From NCBI GenBank assembly GCA_000091205.1, contig AP006498.2: a stretch of 64,000 nt of DNA; one strand, 5' to 3'. A model generated the notes under the pieces. It was not told where the DNA came from and ran no database searches. It worked only from the letters and a program-made list of their open reading frames with translations. Origin of the DNA: Cyanidioschyzon merolae. Lineage: Eukaryota. This document shows positions 1-11,140 of the stretch, piece by piece. Every line of letters starts with the position of its first letter. Position 1 is the first letter of the stretch. The position numbers and the translations under genes are program-made.

Positions 1-1135
1 GGTGTACCGGATGCAAACGACTCGTCTATTGATACGTCAGCGTCAAATTCGCGTTTGTCAGAAGAATAGATGCCTGCAACTGGATTGACGCACATAGAGC
101 GAGCATACACGCAGAGGAGTTCAAAGACAGTCTCAGCTATGTCTTCCGTGACCCCTTTTGAATGAAGCTCTATGGCAGTTTCCAAGACCAGGAGCGAAGA
201 ATGTGGTCAGGAGAAGCCATGAGGAATGATTCGATGACGGGCGAGACGATGGACGATCCCGTCTTGCTGGTGACTTCTCGACGGGCGTCCGACTGAATCA
301 CCGCTAGAGCTCCTGTTATCGTCATGCTCGCCTGGCTCTTCTTTAAGAACAGCGGATTGCCCCTCTTTTTGTGTACTCACGTACACGCCGACCATTTCTC
401 CCGAATCAAGTCTCATTTAGTGACATGAACACCCGTGATTCCTATAAAACAGTCCCGTTACAGAATGAAATCGATTAAGTGCTGTTTTCAGGCACAATGG
501 TCTCGCATGGAAGCACGCTTGTCTCGCGGGCGACCCGGTTCTTGTCATCAACTTTGGTATCGTCGGAACGGAAACGTCACATCCAATGGCTTCTTTCGTT
601 GTACTTGGAATAGAAGTATACCAGGGGATGGATTTGCGAGGAGTCTATCATGATGATATAGTGAGAGCGGTTCTGTTTTGGATGCACGGCATTCAGGATC
701 AGGGTGACCACAAGGCTGGTTCATCCGCCCGCTGACCGTAGAATGACTGACTTGAACAGTTAAAGCCGGTTTTCGCAAGCTACAACTGTCAGTGTAAAGT
801 TTGTCAGTGAGCGTTCTCCAACTTTACGGGTACATTCATGTTGTTGCATACCTGCGAGAACTGCAAGCGAAAACACAAAGCGCGTACGAGATCGGGTCCT
901 TCCAGCGTACTCTGTTCTGAGGTCTGCGCGACAACGCTTTTGGATTGCGCGTTCGTTAGCACAAAGTGGACAGTGTTTCACTGCGGAAAACAGCTCGAGG
1001 ATTGGCCATACGATTTTCGCAAAGAACGATAACGTGCCGCTTGCCAGCACCAGCGGAATTACTTGTACATAAAAGCTTTTACAAGGCGAAACCGCTCACC
1101 GCAAATCGGCACCAAACATATCCTCAGGTTCGGCA

Positions 1136-4100
1136 GTGTTTCCGCTGCAACGTGACGCCGCCGCAATATCCATCAATTTCTACCCGTTTCCTCATAATCA
1201 TTCAGAGTCACGGCACCAGCAGCAGCTGCTGACGTTTGTGAGAACTGTCTATCTCCGGCCCGGAACCGGTTCCCTGCGGTCAGCTATGTCGTCGCTAGCC
1301 GGCAGCAGACCGCAAGCTCGTCGCTCGGACACGACGCAACCACGACAGCCACTGCACGAGACACCGGTGCGTTCGACGGTGTTCCAGAGCCTACTCGAGT
1401 GCGTGCCAGAGAGCACTTGGTCCGTGGAACTCGCCCGTCTTTGTGATGAGCTTTCCACAGAAGAACCTTGTGACCTGACAGGGCCTTTGGACCAGACAGA
1501 AGCAGCGGTTTCACCGCGCACGCAGGCTGAGCACAGCGAGCCGCGCTCCGCAGACCTCCACAGCTTCACCAGCGAGACGCTGGAAAGCTTCCTCACCAAG
1601 CTCAATACAAGCGTCAAAGTATTAGAAGACGACTGGCTATGCCCTGCGACGGAGCTCGGGGACTCGCTTCAAGTAGCCGCTGAGGCATTCCAGCGCCTTC
1701 GAGCGAACACAGCGCGATGGTTCCTCGGAAGCGCCGTTCCGGACCAGGCGCTCGGGTCTGCTGTACGAAGGTTGCTCCGCCTGTATGCAATTGCAAAACA
1801 GGCGCACGGATACTTTGAGCACCTCGGTGTGCTCAGCGAGGAAGCAGATACGCTTGATCGGGCGCTTGCAGAAGGCAGCATCGACTTGCGAAGCGCATGG
1901 GAGATTTGGGAACGGCTCCACCGGGAGAAAGAACTGCTCGCCGAAGAATTGGCGATTGAATGTGAGTTTTCAACGGTATCGTGCTCAGCGCCAACGAATG
2001 AAACGGAAAGTGAGCGGGAGCAGCTCCAAACGGTGCTGACACAAAGGTGCGAGAAGCGAATCGCAGCGAGGATACAGCAGGCGTGCCGCTGGCGGCTGCG
2101 AGATCTGGTCCCCAGCCTAGAGCAGCATCCGGAAGATATTCACGTGATTGTCGCGATTTTCAAGGAGGAACCTCAATTGCTCGCTCACCTGTTTCCCGAC
2201 GTGATCCGAGAGGCCATCAGCCGGCGAGCTGATCATCACGAGCGATCCATCGTTGGTGCAGCGTCGGAAGCGGAGCACGCTGCGGAGACCGGCGCTCCTG
2301 AGCGTTCGCCAGGCGCGCACTGGCTGCGGGAGGTGCTCGCTGACCTGGATGCAAGGAACACCTCGGAGCAGAATGCGAGCCCAGAACGGAGCGCGCCTAG
2401 CCGCGCAGAAGAATATGGCACCGCCGCCGCTGCCGTCGCATCGAAAGCGCAAACATCAGAGTCGGCAAGCAGGTTGTCTCTCGAGTCGGTCTCGCGGGAA
2501 CCGGAAGAGCCGCAATTCGTTGCTCGAATGCTTCAGCGATGCGAGCTCCTCATTGAAGACATACGGATCGTGCAGAAGCATGTCGCAGCGTTGGGGGAAC
2601 CAGCATTTCCGCTGGATCGCTGGTACGCCCTGGAAACGAACCAAATCATGAACGCAGTCTTCTGGGGCATCATTACTCGCGCAAGTCTGATCCCGAGCAG
2701 AGATATCCTGGACCTGCTGGGGTGGATTCATCGCTATCGCGACTTTCTCCAACAAACCTTTCCCATGCTTGACCCCGAGGGCTCTGCGTCGCCAGCCGGG
2801 GCACTGGTCTGGGATCGCACCCACCAGGAGACACTAGTGCGCGGCCTGGACATGCCCGCTGAGCGACTTATCGAAGGCTATGCGGCACGTGCACTCGAAA
2901 TGATGCGTCGATGGATTCGTAACTGTATCAAGGTGGACACCGAGGGTCCAGTCGATGTTCGTGATGACGATGGATCGCTTTACACGCAAGGCCCGTTGGA
3001 TGTCTTCCGCATCGTGAACGACGAAATGACCATCGTGCAGGAGCGCCTCGAGCTGGGCAACCCACGCTTTGTTCAATGCATCAGCGATGCGTGCTGTGCG
3101 GCTCTGCTCGATTACCGCACCTGGTCTCTGGATGCACTTGAAGGCACGGAATCAGAAGACGGCGCACTCGAGAGATTTTGCGCAACGGTGAATAACCATC
3201 GACGCTGCGAGTCGCTGGCGGCGCAGTTTGCAACGCGGTGTCACACGATCCTAAACCAGGCGGTTTACGGCCTCGGCGACTGGGAACGGGAAACGAGCGC
3301 GACGCCCCAGACACCGACACAGGTGCCTGGTCCGTCGCCAGGTACCGCTTGTGCTCGCGAGTCAGAGGCACTGAACGAGACGACCTATGTGCTGGCAGTG
3401 GACAACCTCGCCGCTCAGTTTGCAGTCTCAGCCGAGTTTGCAGCAACGCGCGTCTGCAACGTCATTTTCGAGGATATGGACGATGCCCCTGGTTTATGGC
3501 CAAGACTGTACACACCAGCGTGGATCTCGGGCGAAGAAGAGATCGCCAATAGCATTGTGGCTACTGTAGACGACTTTTTCCACGACATCGACACGTACCT
3601 GCGCGTGGAGGTTGATCGTGCGCTGGTCGGGAGCGAATGCGCCACCCGCGTTGCCGATCGCTACGCAGCGGCGCTGGCAAGCTACCTGGGTGCCACGGGG
3701 GCTGCGCCCGAGGTCGGCGACGCCCAGCGTGCATCGCCAGAGGCGCTGGATCCAGCGGGCGCCACCCCGCCGCTCCTTGGTCCAAGATCGCGCGATCGCA
3801 TCGCGCAGCGCATCGCTGGTGGAAGCTCCAGCCGCCTGCTCCAGGTGCGTGCCGCCGGCTCCGAGGATGCGCGTCAGGGCAGGCGATTTCGTGACGCGCA
3901 CCCAGTCGCCAACCTCGATCGGCGCATGGTCGAGCGACTGCGCAAAGACTACGGGATCCTGGCGGCGCACTTTTTACACGCACGTCGTGGCGGCTCGCAC
4001 GCACGAGTGGTGCGTGCACTCGCTGCGATCGACGCGATCGCTGATATGCTGGCGGCTGCATTCGCGAACAACGCGGATGCGGTTAGCGTACATTTCAGTC

Positions 4101-4300
4101 ATCTGTTGGATGCGCGACTGAGTCGACACACCTTGTACTTATGGCAGCCGAGTACCGTAGAGCGCTTGCTGGTTGCAGTCGCCGAGGCAACGGAACGGAC
4201 GAATGCGCTGGATACCTGGAAGGAGGCAGTAGCAGCGTGCAGGCGCGCGTGGAGTGCCCGTGAGCAGCGTGACTGGGGCGAGCAGCCAGTGAGCTCGTGA
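1136..4300 (+). CDS. Large helical tethering-complex subunit, Sec6/EXOC3-like (CATCHR family). The start codon is uncertain and the N-terminus is low-complexity.
   Basis: Single 1054-aa ORF. It has an N-terminal coiled-coil-like region followed by long helical-bundle sequence with Sec6-like stretches (WYALETNQIMNAVFWGII...LLGWIHRYRDFLQ; DDDGSLYTQGPLDVFRIVNDEM). Ser/Ala-rich inserts are present. The family assignment comes from motif memory, not from a search. Confidence 0.45.
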   Translation: MFPLQRDAAAISINFYPFPHNHSESRHQQQLLTFVRTVYLRPGTGSLRSAMSSLAGSRPQARRSDTTQPRQPLHETPVRSTVFQSLLECVPESTWSVELARLCDELSTEEPCDLTGPLDQTEAAVSPRTQAEHSEPRSADLHSFTSETLESFLTKLNTSVKVLEDDWLCPATELGDSLQVAAEAFQRLRANTARWFLGSAVPDQALGSAVRRLLRLYAIAKQAHGYFEHLGVLSEEADTLDRALAEGSIDLRSAWEIWERLHREKELLAEELAIECEFSTVSCSAPTNETESEREQLQTVLTQRCEKRIAARIQQACRWRLRDLVPSLEQHPEDIHVIVAIFKEEPQLLAHLFPDVIREAISRRADHHERSIVGAASEAEHAAETGAPERSPGAHWLREVLADLDARNTSEQNASPERSAPSRAEEYGTAAAAVASKAQTSESASRLSLESVSREPEEPQFVARMLQRCELLIEDIRIVQKHVAALGEPAFPLDRWYALETNQIMNAVFWGIITRASLIPSRDILDLLGWIHRYRDFLQQTFPMLDPEGSASPAGALVWDRTHQETLVRGLDMPAERLIEGYAARALEMMRRWIRNCIKVDTEGPVDVRDDDGSLYTQGPLDVFRIVNDEMTIVQERLELGNPRFVQCISDACCAALLDYRTWSLDALEGTESEDGALERFCATVNNHRRCESLAAQFATRCHTILNQAVYGLGDWERETSATPQTPTQVPGPSPGTACARESEALNETTYVLAVDNLAAQFAVSAEFAATRVCNVIFEDMDDAPGLWPRLYTPAWISGEEEIANSIVATVDDFFHDIDTYLRVEVDRALVGSECATRVADRYAAALASYLGATGAAPEVGDAQRASPEALDPAGATPPLLGPRSRDRIAQRIAGGSSSRLLQVRAAGSEDARQGRRFRDAHPVANLDRRMVERLRKDYGILAAHFLHARRGGSHARVVRALAAIDAIADMLAAAFANNADAVSVHFSHLLDARLSRHTLYLWQPSTVERLLVAVAEATERTNALDTWKEAVAACRRAWSAREQRDWGEQPVSS

Positions 4301-5083
4301 TGAAGGCAGCATCGGTGATAGACTAGTATTGCAGGTGTCAGACGAGCTGCACGTTTGCGAAGACTCTGCAGGAGATTCGTTTCGAGGAATCGAGCAGTGC
4401 AGCGATTTGTTGCGCAGGCATCCGACCGCATTGGCCGGAAGGGCAACGCGTTCGACAGAAAGGCCCCGTTCCCTGGTTTGGGTGCGTGGTAGCTCGGCAA
4501 AACGGTCCCGGTTGGGGTATGCGCTCCAGCTTCCGCACGATCAAGGTGCCTATTTTTGTTGTTCTTGTTGGTGCTACTTTTGTTGCACGCGCTATCGGCA
4601 ACAACTGTGTCGTGTCGGGTGCTTCGTAGCGCATCGCTTTCTCGACAGCTGCTGCTCATGCATGCTATTGCTGTCGAGGAGAAGGGCACGTTTTGGACAC
4701 ACACGTGGCAGGCAGCGAATCGAAGCGCTTCGCGATCGTTCGTGAACCTGCTGCTCGGCGGATTCAGAGAGCGCGGCATTGTGGAGCTCTTGCGCGGCGG
4801 GCACACGCATTACACGCCCGAATCCACGCACAAATGTGACGCATTGGTGGTTACACCCGAGACGACAGGGAACCCATCGCGACGAGCGCCGCACGCTCGA
4901 CATGAAGACGTGAATTATCGCTTAAAAATACGCCCCCAACAACATGCGATCAAAGAACATGCACGTAGCCGCTGTGTCATTTCCGTGACACGAAACGATC
5001 GTTGAACACATCGAATAGAACTAGGTAAGCGATTCATACCCGAAAACAAGATGAACGCTAGAAAATGTCATGTAGCGTTGCGA

Positions 5084-6388
5084 TCACGGGGCAGAGAGCC
5101 GCATGGATTCAGTACCTTGATCATTCGCATCGTTTGCGTTCGGAAAGCGGCCTTGTTCGTCGTCGACAGCCTGCTCACAGTCCTCTGCTTCTGAAAGGCT
5201 CTCATGATCCAACTCATCTTGGATTGCTCTCTGTGCCGCTCTGGTAATCATCATAATCAACAAAATCATCGAACCTATACTTAATAAACGTAGGAGATTT
5301 TTGGGGCCGCGGTGCCTAGCCAGTGCAGCATCGGCTTCAGTGACAACGTCTGCACCGTTCTGTTTCGCGGGGTTCGTCGACCAACGCAGCTGCGCGCCGA
5401 TCGTCACAAGCAAAATGATGCCAGGCAGAATGCCGAGAATTGTACCTAGACAAAAAGAGCCAATCTGCACCTGCGACACGCCCATAGCCATGGAAGATAA
5501 GGCGAACGGAAACAGCGGGCTCAGCCGCATGAGGGTCACGAAGCGTAACGCCTGACGTGATAGCGCCCGATTGACCGCTAAATACGTGTTGCGCCGTTCC
5601 GAATTCTCAATCAGGCGCTCCATTCTTTCGCGGAGATAATAGCGAGACGTGTACAGACAGAGCAGCGCAGCGGCCAGATGGCAGCACAGAGCAACCGCAA
5701 TCCCGCAGACGAGGCCGAAGAGCATACCCGCGCCGATCGCCATGAGCCAGGCAGGAAACTCAAGGGCGGCTAGTATGATATACATGGAAGCGTAACTAAC
5801 AAGTCGCAGTGGCCATGGAAGACCTCGCATCCAAGATACAGCCGCAGAAAACGCAAACGCGACCTGTTTGTGTAGCACGAGCAGCACGACGCCGAGCGCA
5901 AGCACCGCAGTTACCGCAGTGACGAGAACCCAGAGATTCGCTCTTCGCTCGCCGACACAGACGCTTGGATTGGTGCGCATATCGAGCACATCAGTGCTCG
6001 CCGAACAGCCCACGGAGACGTCGGTGTGATCGGCGACGTGACCTGAGGGCTGCGTGCGCTGCCGCCCCCGTACAGGAGCACGACTCGTTCTTGCTCCGAG
6101 TACCGCTCCTCGTCCAGAATCTTTGGGTTTCAGCAAGTCGCCAGCGAGCGCAAAATCGCTCCGAGAGAGCGAACGACTGCGAACGAGAACGCCAGCGCTT
6201 TCCAAACCCGGCTGCCGACTCACTTCGGTACCAGTGAGCGCCGACTGCGCAGATGTGCTCCGCGACCGCCGGTGTAAGACCGGCTCCGTTTCGACACTGG
6301 GTTTCATAGAAACATACGAGACAGTACCGCTCCACCCAAACAACCGGCGAAGAGGCGTATCGGTGCACACGCGCACACAGACGCACAC
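5084..6388 (-). CDS. TVP38/TMEM64 (SNARE-associated, DedA-superfamily) membrane protein. The N-terminal third is low-complexity and the true start may be internal.
   Basis: Several predicted TM helices. The sequence MRLSPLFPFALSSMAMGVSQVQIGSFCLGTILGILPGII matches the SNARE_assoc/TVP38 signature R-x-x-P-x-x-P...G. Confidence 0.55.
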   Translation of the reverse strand: MCVCVRVCTDTPLRRLFGWSGTVSYVSMKPSVETEPVLHRRSRSTSAQSALTGTEVSRQPGLESAGVLVRSRSLSRSDFALAGDLLKPKDSGRGAVLGARTSRAPVRGRQRTQPSGHVADHTDVSVGCSASTDVLDMRTNPSVCVGERRANLWVLVTAVTAVLALGVVLLVLHKQVAFAFSAAVSWMRGLPWPLRLVSYASMYIILAALEFPAWLMAIGAGMLFGLVCGIAVALCCHLAAALLCLYTSRYYLRERMERLIENSERRNTYLAVNRALSRQALRFVTLMRLSPLFPFALSSMAMGVSQVQIGSFCLGTILGILPGIILLVTIGAQLRWSTNPAKQNGADVVTEADAALARHRGPKNLLRLLSIGSMILLIMMITRAAQRAIQDELDHESLSEAEDCEQAVDDEQGRFPNANDANDQGTESMRLSAP

Positions 6389-6810
6389 CCACGTTCACGG
6401 AAACGGTTCCCACCGAATGCGATGCAACCCCCGACGCTGATGCGTCAGCAGGTCTGCGCGCGTGCCCTACCCCGGTTTTATCTCAGGGCGGCGGAGCGCG
6501 TCGATCACCGGCTGCCTGGTGCGCGAAGCTGCGGTATCGCCGCAGTCGCCGCCTTCAGTGTCGTCGGTAGGCGCCAGATGAGCACTTCTTGGTACACAGG
6601 AACGGCGGTTTGCAGAGGAGGCCCCGCTGAATGATTTTTTTTGATGGACCGGACGTTGACATGCACCATGGATCCCAGATTGTGGGATGGATACCGGTGA
6701 TCGAAAGAGCGTTCATCATGCTGCACTCTATGTTCCAGTTCCATTGGTCGTACGTTTTCTCCGATATACTGGTCGTTTCGTACGTTCTACATTGCACCGT
6801 GTGCAAGCAG

Positions 6811-6850
6811 TTCGCGCCTGCACCAGCGCCTGCACCAGCGCCTGCACCGT
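6811..6850. repeat. Short tandem 12-mer (GCGCCTGCACCA) x ~3.
   Basis: The sequence cctgcaccagcgcctgcaccagcgcctgcacc is visible directly. Confidence 0.7.
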
Positions 6851-7136
6851 TGGTACGGACGCAGCACGCAGGTGGTGGGTAAGCGTTGCCGCACGCTGGT
6901 GGGCATCGGCTCCACATGCGATGCCCCTGATGCGCAGTCGATAGTCCTCGTCAGTTTGTGCGGCAAAATTTGGATTTCCTTTTCGGGATCAGAGTCGTTA
7001 CCATAACGCGTGATCATAAGATGCGAGATAAGTATCGGTATCCAACGCTGCACTCCAGAACGTTGACGGTGCTGTAGGGTCGCCTGAACGAGGCACGGGA
7101 TCCCCGATTTTCGACGGTGTTGATCGCCGTCGAGCG

Positions 7137-10100
7137 ATGCGCTCCGATCCGAAACGTCGAGCACAGTGTCTGTGTGGCTTGCAGGGGGTCATGCGCAGGC
7201 CGCCAGCGACTTTTGTGGTGCCAAGTAGGGCGATCAGGAACACCGGAGAAAACGTAGAATATAGAAACAGCTTGAGCGTGGAAAATCTGGGAAAGCATCT
7301 ATGGAAAGAACGTCGGCAACGAAGGCGCTACGTGCCGCCGCTTCCAGACGCGAATCGGCACTCGAGGCAACGAGTGCCTGTTGCACCGGCACGCTGCCGG
7401 GGGTTGCTCCTGTGTTGTCAAGATTGCAGCGAGTATGAATTGAAGTCGTTCGTCGACAGAGACGAAGACGAGCACGGAACTGGTGGTGGACGCGGCGAGT
7501 CCAGCGGCTCGCGCTCGTCACCGAACTTTATATCGTGGCGACAAGTGGATCGAGCCCAGCTTACCCCGCTGTTTCGCCACTTTCTCTCGGTAAAGGATCG
7601 ATTTCCCGACGCAGTGATCCTTTACCAGTGCGGTGACTTTTTTGAGACATTCTTCGATGACGCGGTGGTTTTACATGAGAAACTTGAGCTTGCCCTTACT
7701 GGAAAGGACGCGGGAAAGGAGGTCGGTCGGGTGCCCATGGCCGGTGTCCCGCTATCCTCTCTGGACCGCTACTGTGCTGCGCTCCTGGAACATGGATATC
7801 ACGTCGCTGTCGTTGAGCAGGTGGAGCCAGCCAACGGGCGTTCTGGTGGTGATGGCGCTCTCGTGCGTCGCGAGGTTACCCGAATGCTGACCCCCGGCAC
7901 CGTTCTCGAGGAAGGCCTTCTGGATGCTCGCTCCAATAACTACCTCGTCGCGTTATGGGGCCAGCGCCTGACATCAGTACGGGGCGACGTGGATCGCCGA
8001 TCGCCCTCCAAATCCAGTAGATGTACAGCGGATGCTACCAATTGGTTGTTTGGCCTCGCATACCTGGACGTATCCACGGGTGATTTCGGATCGACCGCTG
8101 TCGAGAATGATGTGGAGGATCTTCAGGCGGAGCTCGGACGACTGCATCCCGCAGAGGTGCTGCTAACCGATGATATTTCTGAAGAGGTTTCCAGCTGCCT
8201 CGAGGGTGTTCTGGAGCGCACGTTCACCACGAATGGATGGAGAGCGTCGATCACCCGGAGGCCCCGCGCATTTTTTGATCTGGAATGTGCCCGGAAACGA
8301 ATCGAGGAGCGCTTTGGATCCCAGCTGGATAGCGTCTTTGATGAGAGGCAGCTCAAGAGTATCGTCCAAATTCGGGTGATCGGAGCGCTCCTCGCGCTTG
8401 TCAACGAAACCCTGGAGCGCGCCCAAGCACCCATCGCTTTTGCAATGCCCCAAACAGCAGCAAATGCAACACCATTGGAGCCTATTGTTTCGGGAAACCT
8501 GCTCACTCCATTGCAGCCACCAAGGCCCTACCAGATTCAAGGAAGCATGATGCTCGATGGAACAGCACTCCGCAATCTGGAAATCGTGCACCCGGCCCGG
8601 GACAGTCGCAGCCGCCGTGGCACACTGCTCTGGGCGATGGATGCAACGGTCACCGCTATGGGTGCCCGACTCTTGCGTCGCTGGCTCCTGCGACCGAGCC
8701 GGGACCTCGAAACCATCCGGTATCGACAGCAGCAGGTGCAGCGGTGGCAGCGCGACCATCTCCAGCGTGAACGCCTGCGTCGACTCCTGCGCGGTGTTGC
8801 CGATATAGAGCGCCTCGCGGGAAAAGTTGCCACCCGGAGAGCGAATCCCCGGGAACTTTATGCTCTCGCCGCATCTCTCTGCCGGTTGTCGACGCTTCTT
8901 TCCGAGGTTGAGGCGCGAATAGGCGCAGGCACTGGTTCTGCTGAAGCTCCCTGCTGGCCTGCAGCGGCGAGCAGCGCTACCAAGGATCTGATCAAACTCG
9001 CCCATCAAGTCGTATTCGATGCCTTTCTGACGCGGGATAAGGAAGAGGGTTCTCCGAGCGCCTCTGAAAGCGCTGTTGCTGGCAGCACGCTGCGAGGTCG
9101 CGAGCCACGCGGCGTTGCGCTTTCACCACCGCCGCCCTACGGAGTGCCAGTCCGTCTGCCGAGTGCTGCTGAAGATCGACCCATCTTTCGCAGCGGCTTC
9201 CACGCGGAACTGGATCTTTTGCGCGAACAAGCTGCAGGCGATCTCGCCTGGATCACTGCCTATGAAGCGCAGGAACGTGAACGCACCGGAATCGCAAGCT
9301 TGAGGGTCAGCTATCATAATGTCTTCGGATATTATATCCAGATCCCGAGTCGTTTCACGAACCCCTCGAATACATCTCAAAACGGCCGCTCGCAACCGAC
9401 TGCGCTGCCCACAAACTACGTGCGTCGACAGACGCTCAAATCCGTTGAGCGGTACGTCACACCCGAGCTTCGAGAACGGGAGCAACTGATCCTCGGTGCA
9501 CGAGCACGAGTCGCTGCGCTAGAGTGTCGCCTCTTTTACGACCTGCTCGAGCAATTCGGTGCTGCAATCGACACCATACGCAGCATGGCGTCGTGGGTGG
9601 CGGAGCTGGACGTACTGCTGGGTTTCGCTGAAATCGCCCTCGAACGCAACTATACCATGCCGGAGGTCGTGGATTCGTCAGACCCGGTAAGCGGTCGACT
9701 CGTGGACATCGAGGATGGGCGGCATCCGGTGGTCGAGTGCACGCTGCCGCCCAACGAGCGCTTTGTGCCCAACTCGCTGCGTATAGGTGACGGAACCGTT
9801 GATATGGTGCTCCTCATGGGCGCGAATGCCTCAGGCAAGAGCGTTTTCCTCCGCCAGGTCGCTCTGATTCAGATCATGGCCCAGTGTGGCTCGTTCGTGC
9901 CAGCGAAACGTGCTCGACTGGCGCTCACAGACCGCATTTTTACCAGAGTCGGAGCGGCCGATGACATCGCCGCCGCAAAGTCTACCTTTGTGATGGAGAT
10001 GGAGGAAACCGCCACCATTCTGCGCCACGTTACACCAAACTCACTTGTTCTTCTTGACGAGGTCGGACGGGGTACTTCAACCGCGGACGGTCTAGCGATT

Positions 10101-10550
10101 GCGCAGGCCGTGACCGAGTACCTGGTAAGCGAGGCAGTGCGAGCCCGGGGTATTTTCGCCACCCATTTCCATGAGCTGGCACAGCTCGAGCATGCCTTTT
10201 CCAATATAACCTGCTTTCACATGGCCGTGATTGAGCGCTACCCAACTGGAAACGTCGAGCCTGCTATCGTTTTTCTCCATCGCCTTGAACGGGGCGCCGC
10301 GAGTCGCTCCTTCGGGATCGAGGTTGCCCAGCAGTGTGGGCTTGTTGCGGCCATTGTACAACGTGCTCGTGAGCTCGTTCGGGATGACTCGTCAGCGAAC
10401 CACGAGCCGCCAAAGGGCCCGGGGACGGCCACGGAGGCTGCGCAGGCCAGCAACGTGAAAGTGCAGGTTCAGCGGATGCAGCCGAGACGATGGCGACCGC
10501 GAAACAAACCCAGCGATCTTGATGCTGGTTTCTGTGCAGCTCGGGTTTGA
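7137..10550 (+). CDS. Bacterial-type MutS1 DNA mismatch-repair ATPase with an R/S-rich N-terminal extension, probably organelle-targeted. There is no GIY-YIG tail.
   Basis: MutS domain I motif DAVILYQCGDFFETFFDDAVV...GVPLSSLDRYCAALLEHGYHVAVVEQ. The ATPase region LLMGANASGKSVFLRQVALIQIMAQCGSFVPA...RIFTRVGAADDIAAAKSTFVMEMEETATIL...LVLLDEVGRGTSTADGLAIAQAV...FATHFHEL is near-collinear with E. coli MutS. The first roughly 140 aa are basic and low-complexity, so the start codon is uncertain. Confidence 0.9.
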   Translation: MRSDPKRRAQCLCGLQGVMRRPPATFVVPSRAIRNTGENVEYRNSLSVENLGKHLWKERRQRRRYVPPLPDANRHSRQRVPVAPARCRGLLLCCQDCSEYELKSFVDRDEDEHGTGGGRGESSGSRSSPNFISWRQVDRAQLTPLFRHFLSVKDRFPDAVILYQCGDFFETFFDDAVVLHEKLELALTGKDAGKEVGRVPMAGVPLSSLDRYCAALLEHGYHVAVVEQVEPANGRSGGDGALVRREVTRMLTPGTVLEEGLLDARSNNYLVALWGQRLTSVRGDVDRRSPSKSSRCTADATNWLFGLAYLDVSTGDFGSTAVENDVEDLQAELGRLHPAEVLLTDDISEEVSSCLEGVLERTFTTNGWRASITRRPRAFFDLECARKRIEERFGSQLDSVFDERQLKSIVQIRVIGALLALVNETLERAQAPIAFAMPQTAANATPLEPIVSGNLLTPLQPPRPYQIQGSMMLDGTALRNLEIVHPARDSRSRRGTLLWAMDATVTAMGARLLRRWLLRPSRDLETIRYRQQQVQRWQRDHLQRERLRRLLRGVADIERLAGKVATRRANPRELYALAASLCRLSTLLSEVEARIGAGTGSAEAPCWPAAASSATKDLIKLAHQVVFDAFLTRDKEEGSPSASESAVAGSTLRGREPRGVALSPPPPYGVPVRLPSAAEDRPIFRSGFHAELDLLREQAAGDLAWITAYEAQERERTGIASLRVSYHNVFGYYIQIPSRFTNPSNTSQNGRSQPTALPTNYVRRQTLKSVERYVTPELREREQLILGARARVAALECRLFYDLLEQFGAAIDTIRSMASWVAELDVLLGFAEIALERNYTMPEVVDSSDPVSGRLVDIEDGRHPVVECTLPPNERFVPNSLRIGDGTVDMVLLMGANASGKSVFLRQVALIQIMAQCGSFVPAKRARLALTDRIFTRVGAADDIAAAKSTFVMEMEETATILRHVTPNSLVLLDEVGRGTSTADGLAIAQAVTEYLVSEAVRARGIFATHFHELAQLEHAFSNITCFHMAVIERYPTGNVEPAIVFLHRLERGAASRSFGIEVAQQCGLVAAIVQRARELVRDDSSANHEPPKGPGTATEAAQASNVKVQVQRMQPRRWRPRNKPSDLDAGFCAARV

Positions 10551-11140
10551 GATTGTCTGCTCGTGAACTAGGAGCATTCGAGGAATCGTGAAACCGAACC
10601 TTGATAGAGACACGTGTATGCGTGTGTGTTGCTCGACAACGGAGGTATGCATCGTTGCGTTGGTGCTTCAGTCCACTGCATCAAGTTGTTCCAAATGATA
10701 ACCCACGGAAGCGAGAGTCTGGGCGGAGCTTTTCATGAACGGCGTTCACCAAACTGGACCATGGATGCTCCCAGATATTCAAAGACGAGAATGAAGTGCG
10801 GAACGGGTACAATGCATGTGGGCTGGGGGCGACGCTGCGCACCGCACTGCGGACGCGCTTTCCAGCATACCACGGGAAGACGTGTAATCTCCATACGACT
10901 TCTGAAGGGATGTTTTTGAACGTTTGGAGTACGACGCAAGGAGCTCGCGGCTCCCATACCTGTGCCAGATTAGAATGCAACACTGAAGTGCTGGCTCTGT
11001 TCCAGCCTGTCGATTTTTTCGATCCCGAGGATAGATGTACAGTTTCGAGATTTCGAGTGGAGCGAACAGAGCTTACATGTCCACACGTCGTTCCGCACCG
11101 CTCGGTGTTTCATTCGGGAGGGTGAGTTGCTTCGAGCCTG

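Noticed and set aside
10960-11060. ttcgatccc and similar strings examined as possible tRNA T-arms at about 11.0 kb and elsewhere.
   Set aside because: The flanking sequence does not form acceptor, D or anticodon stems. No tRNA is called.
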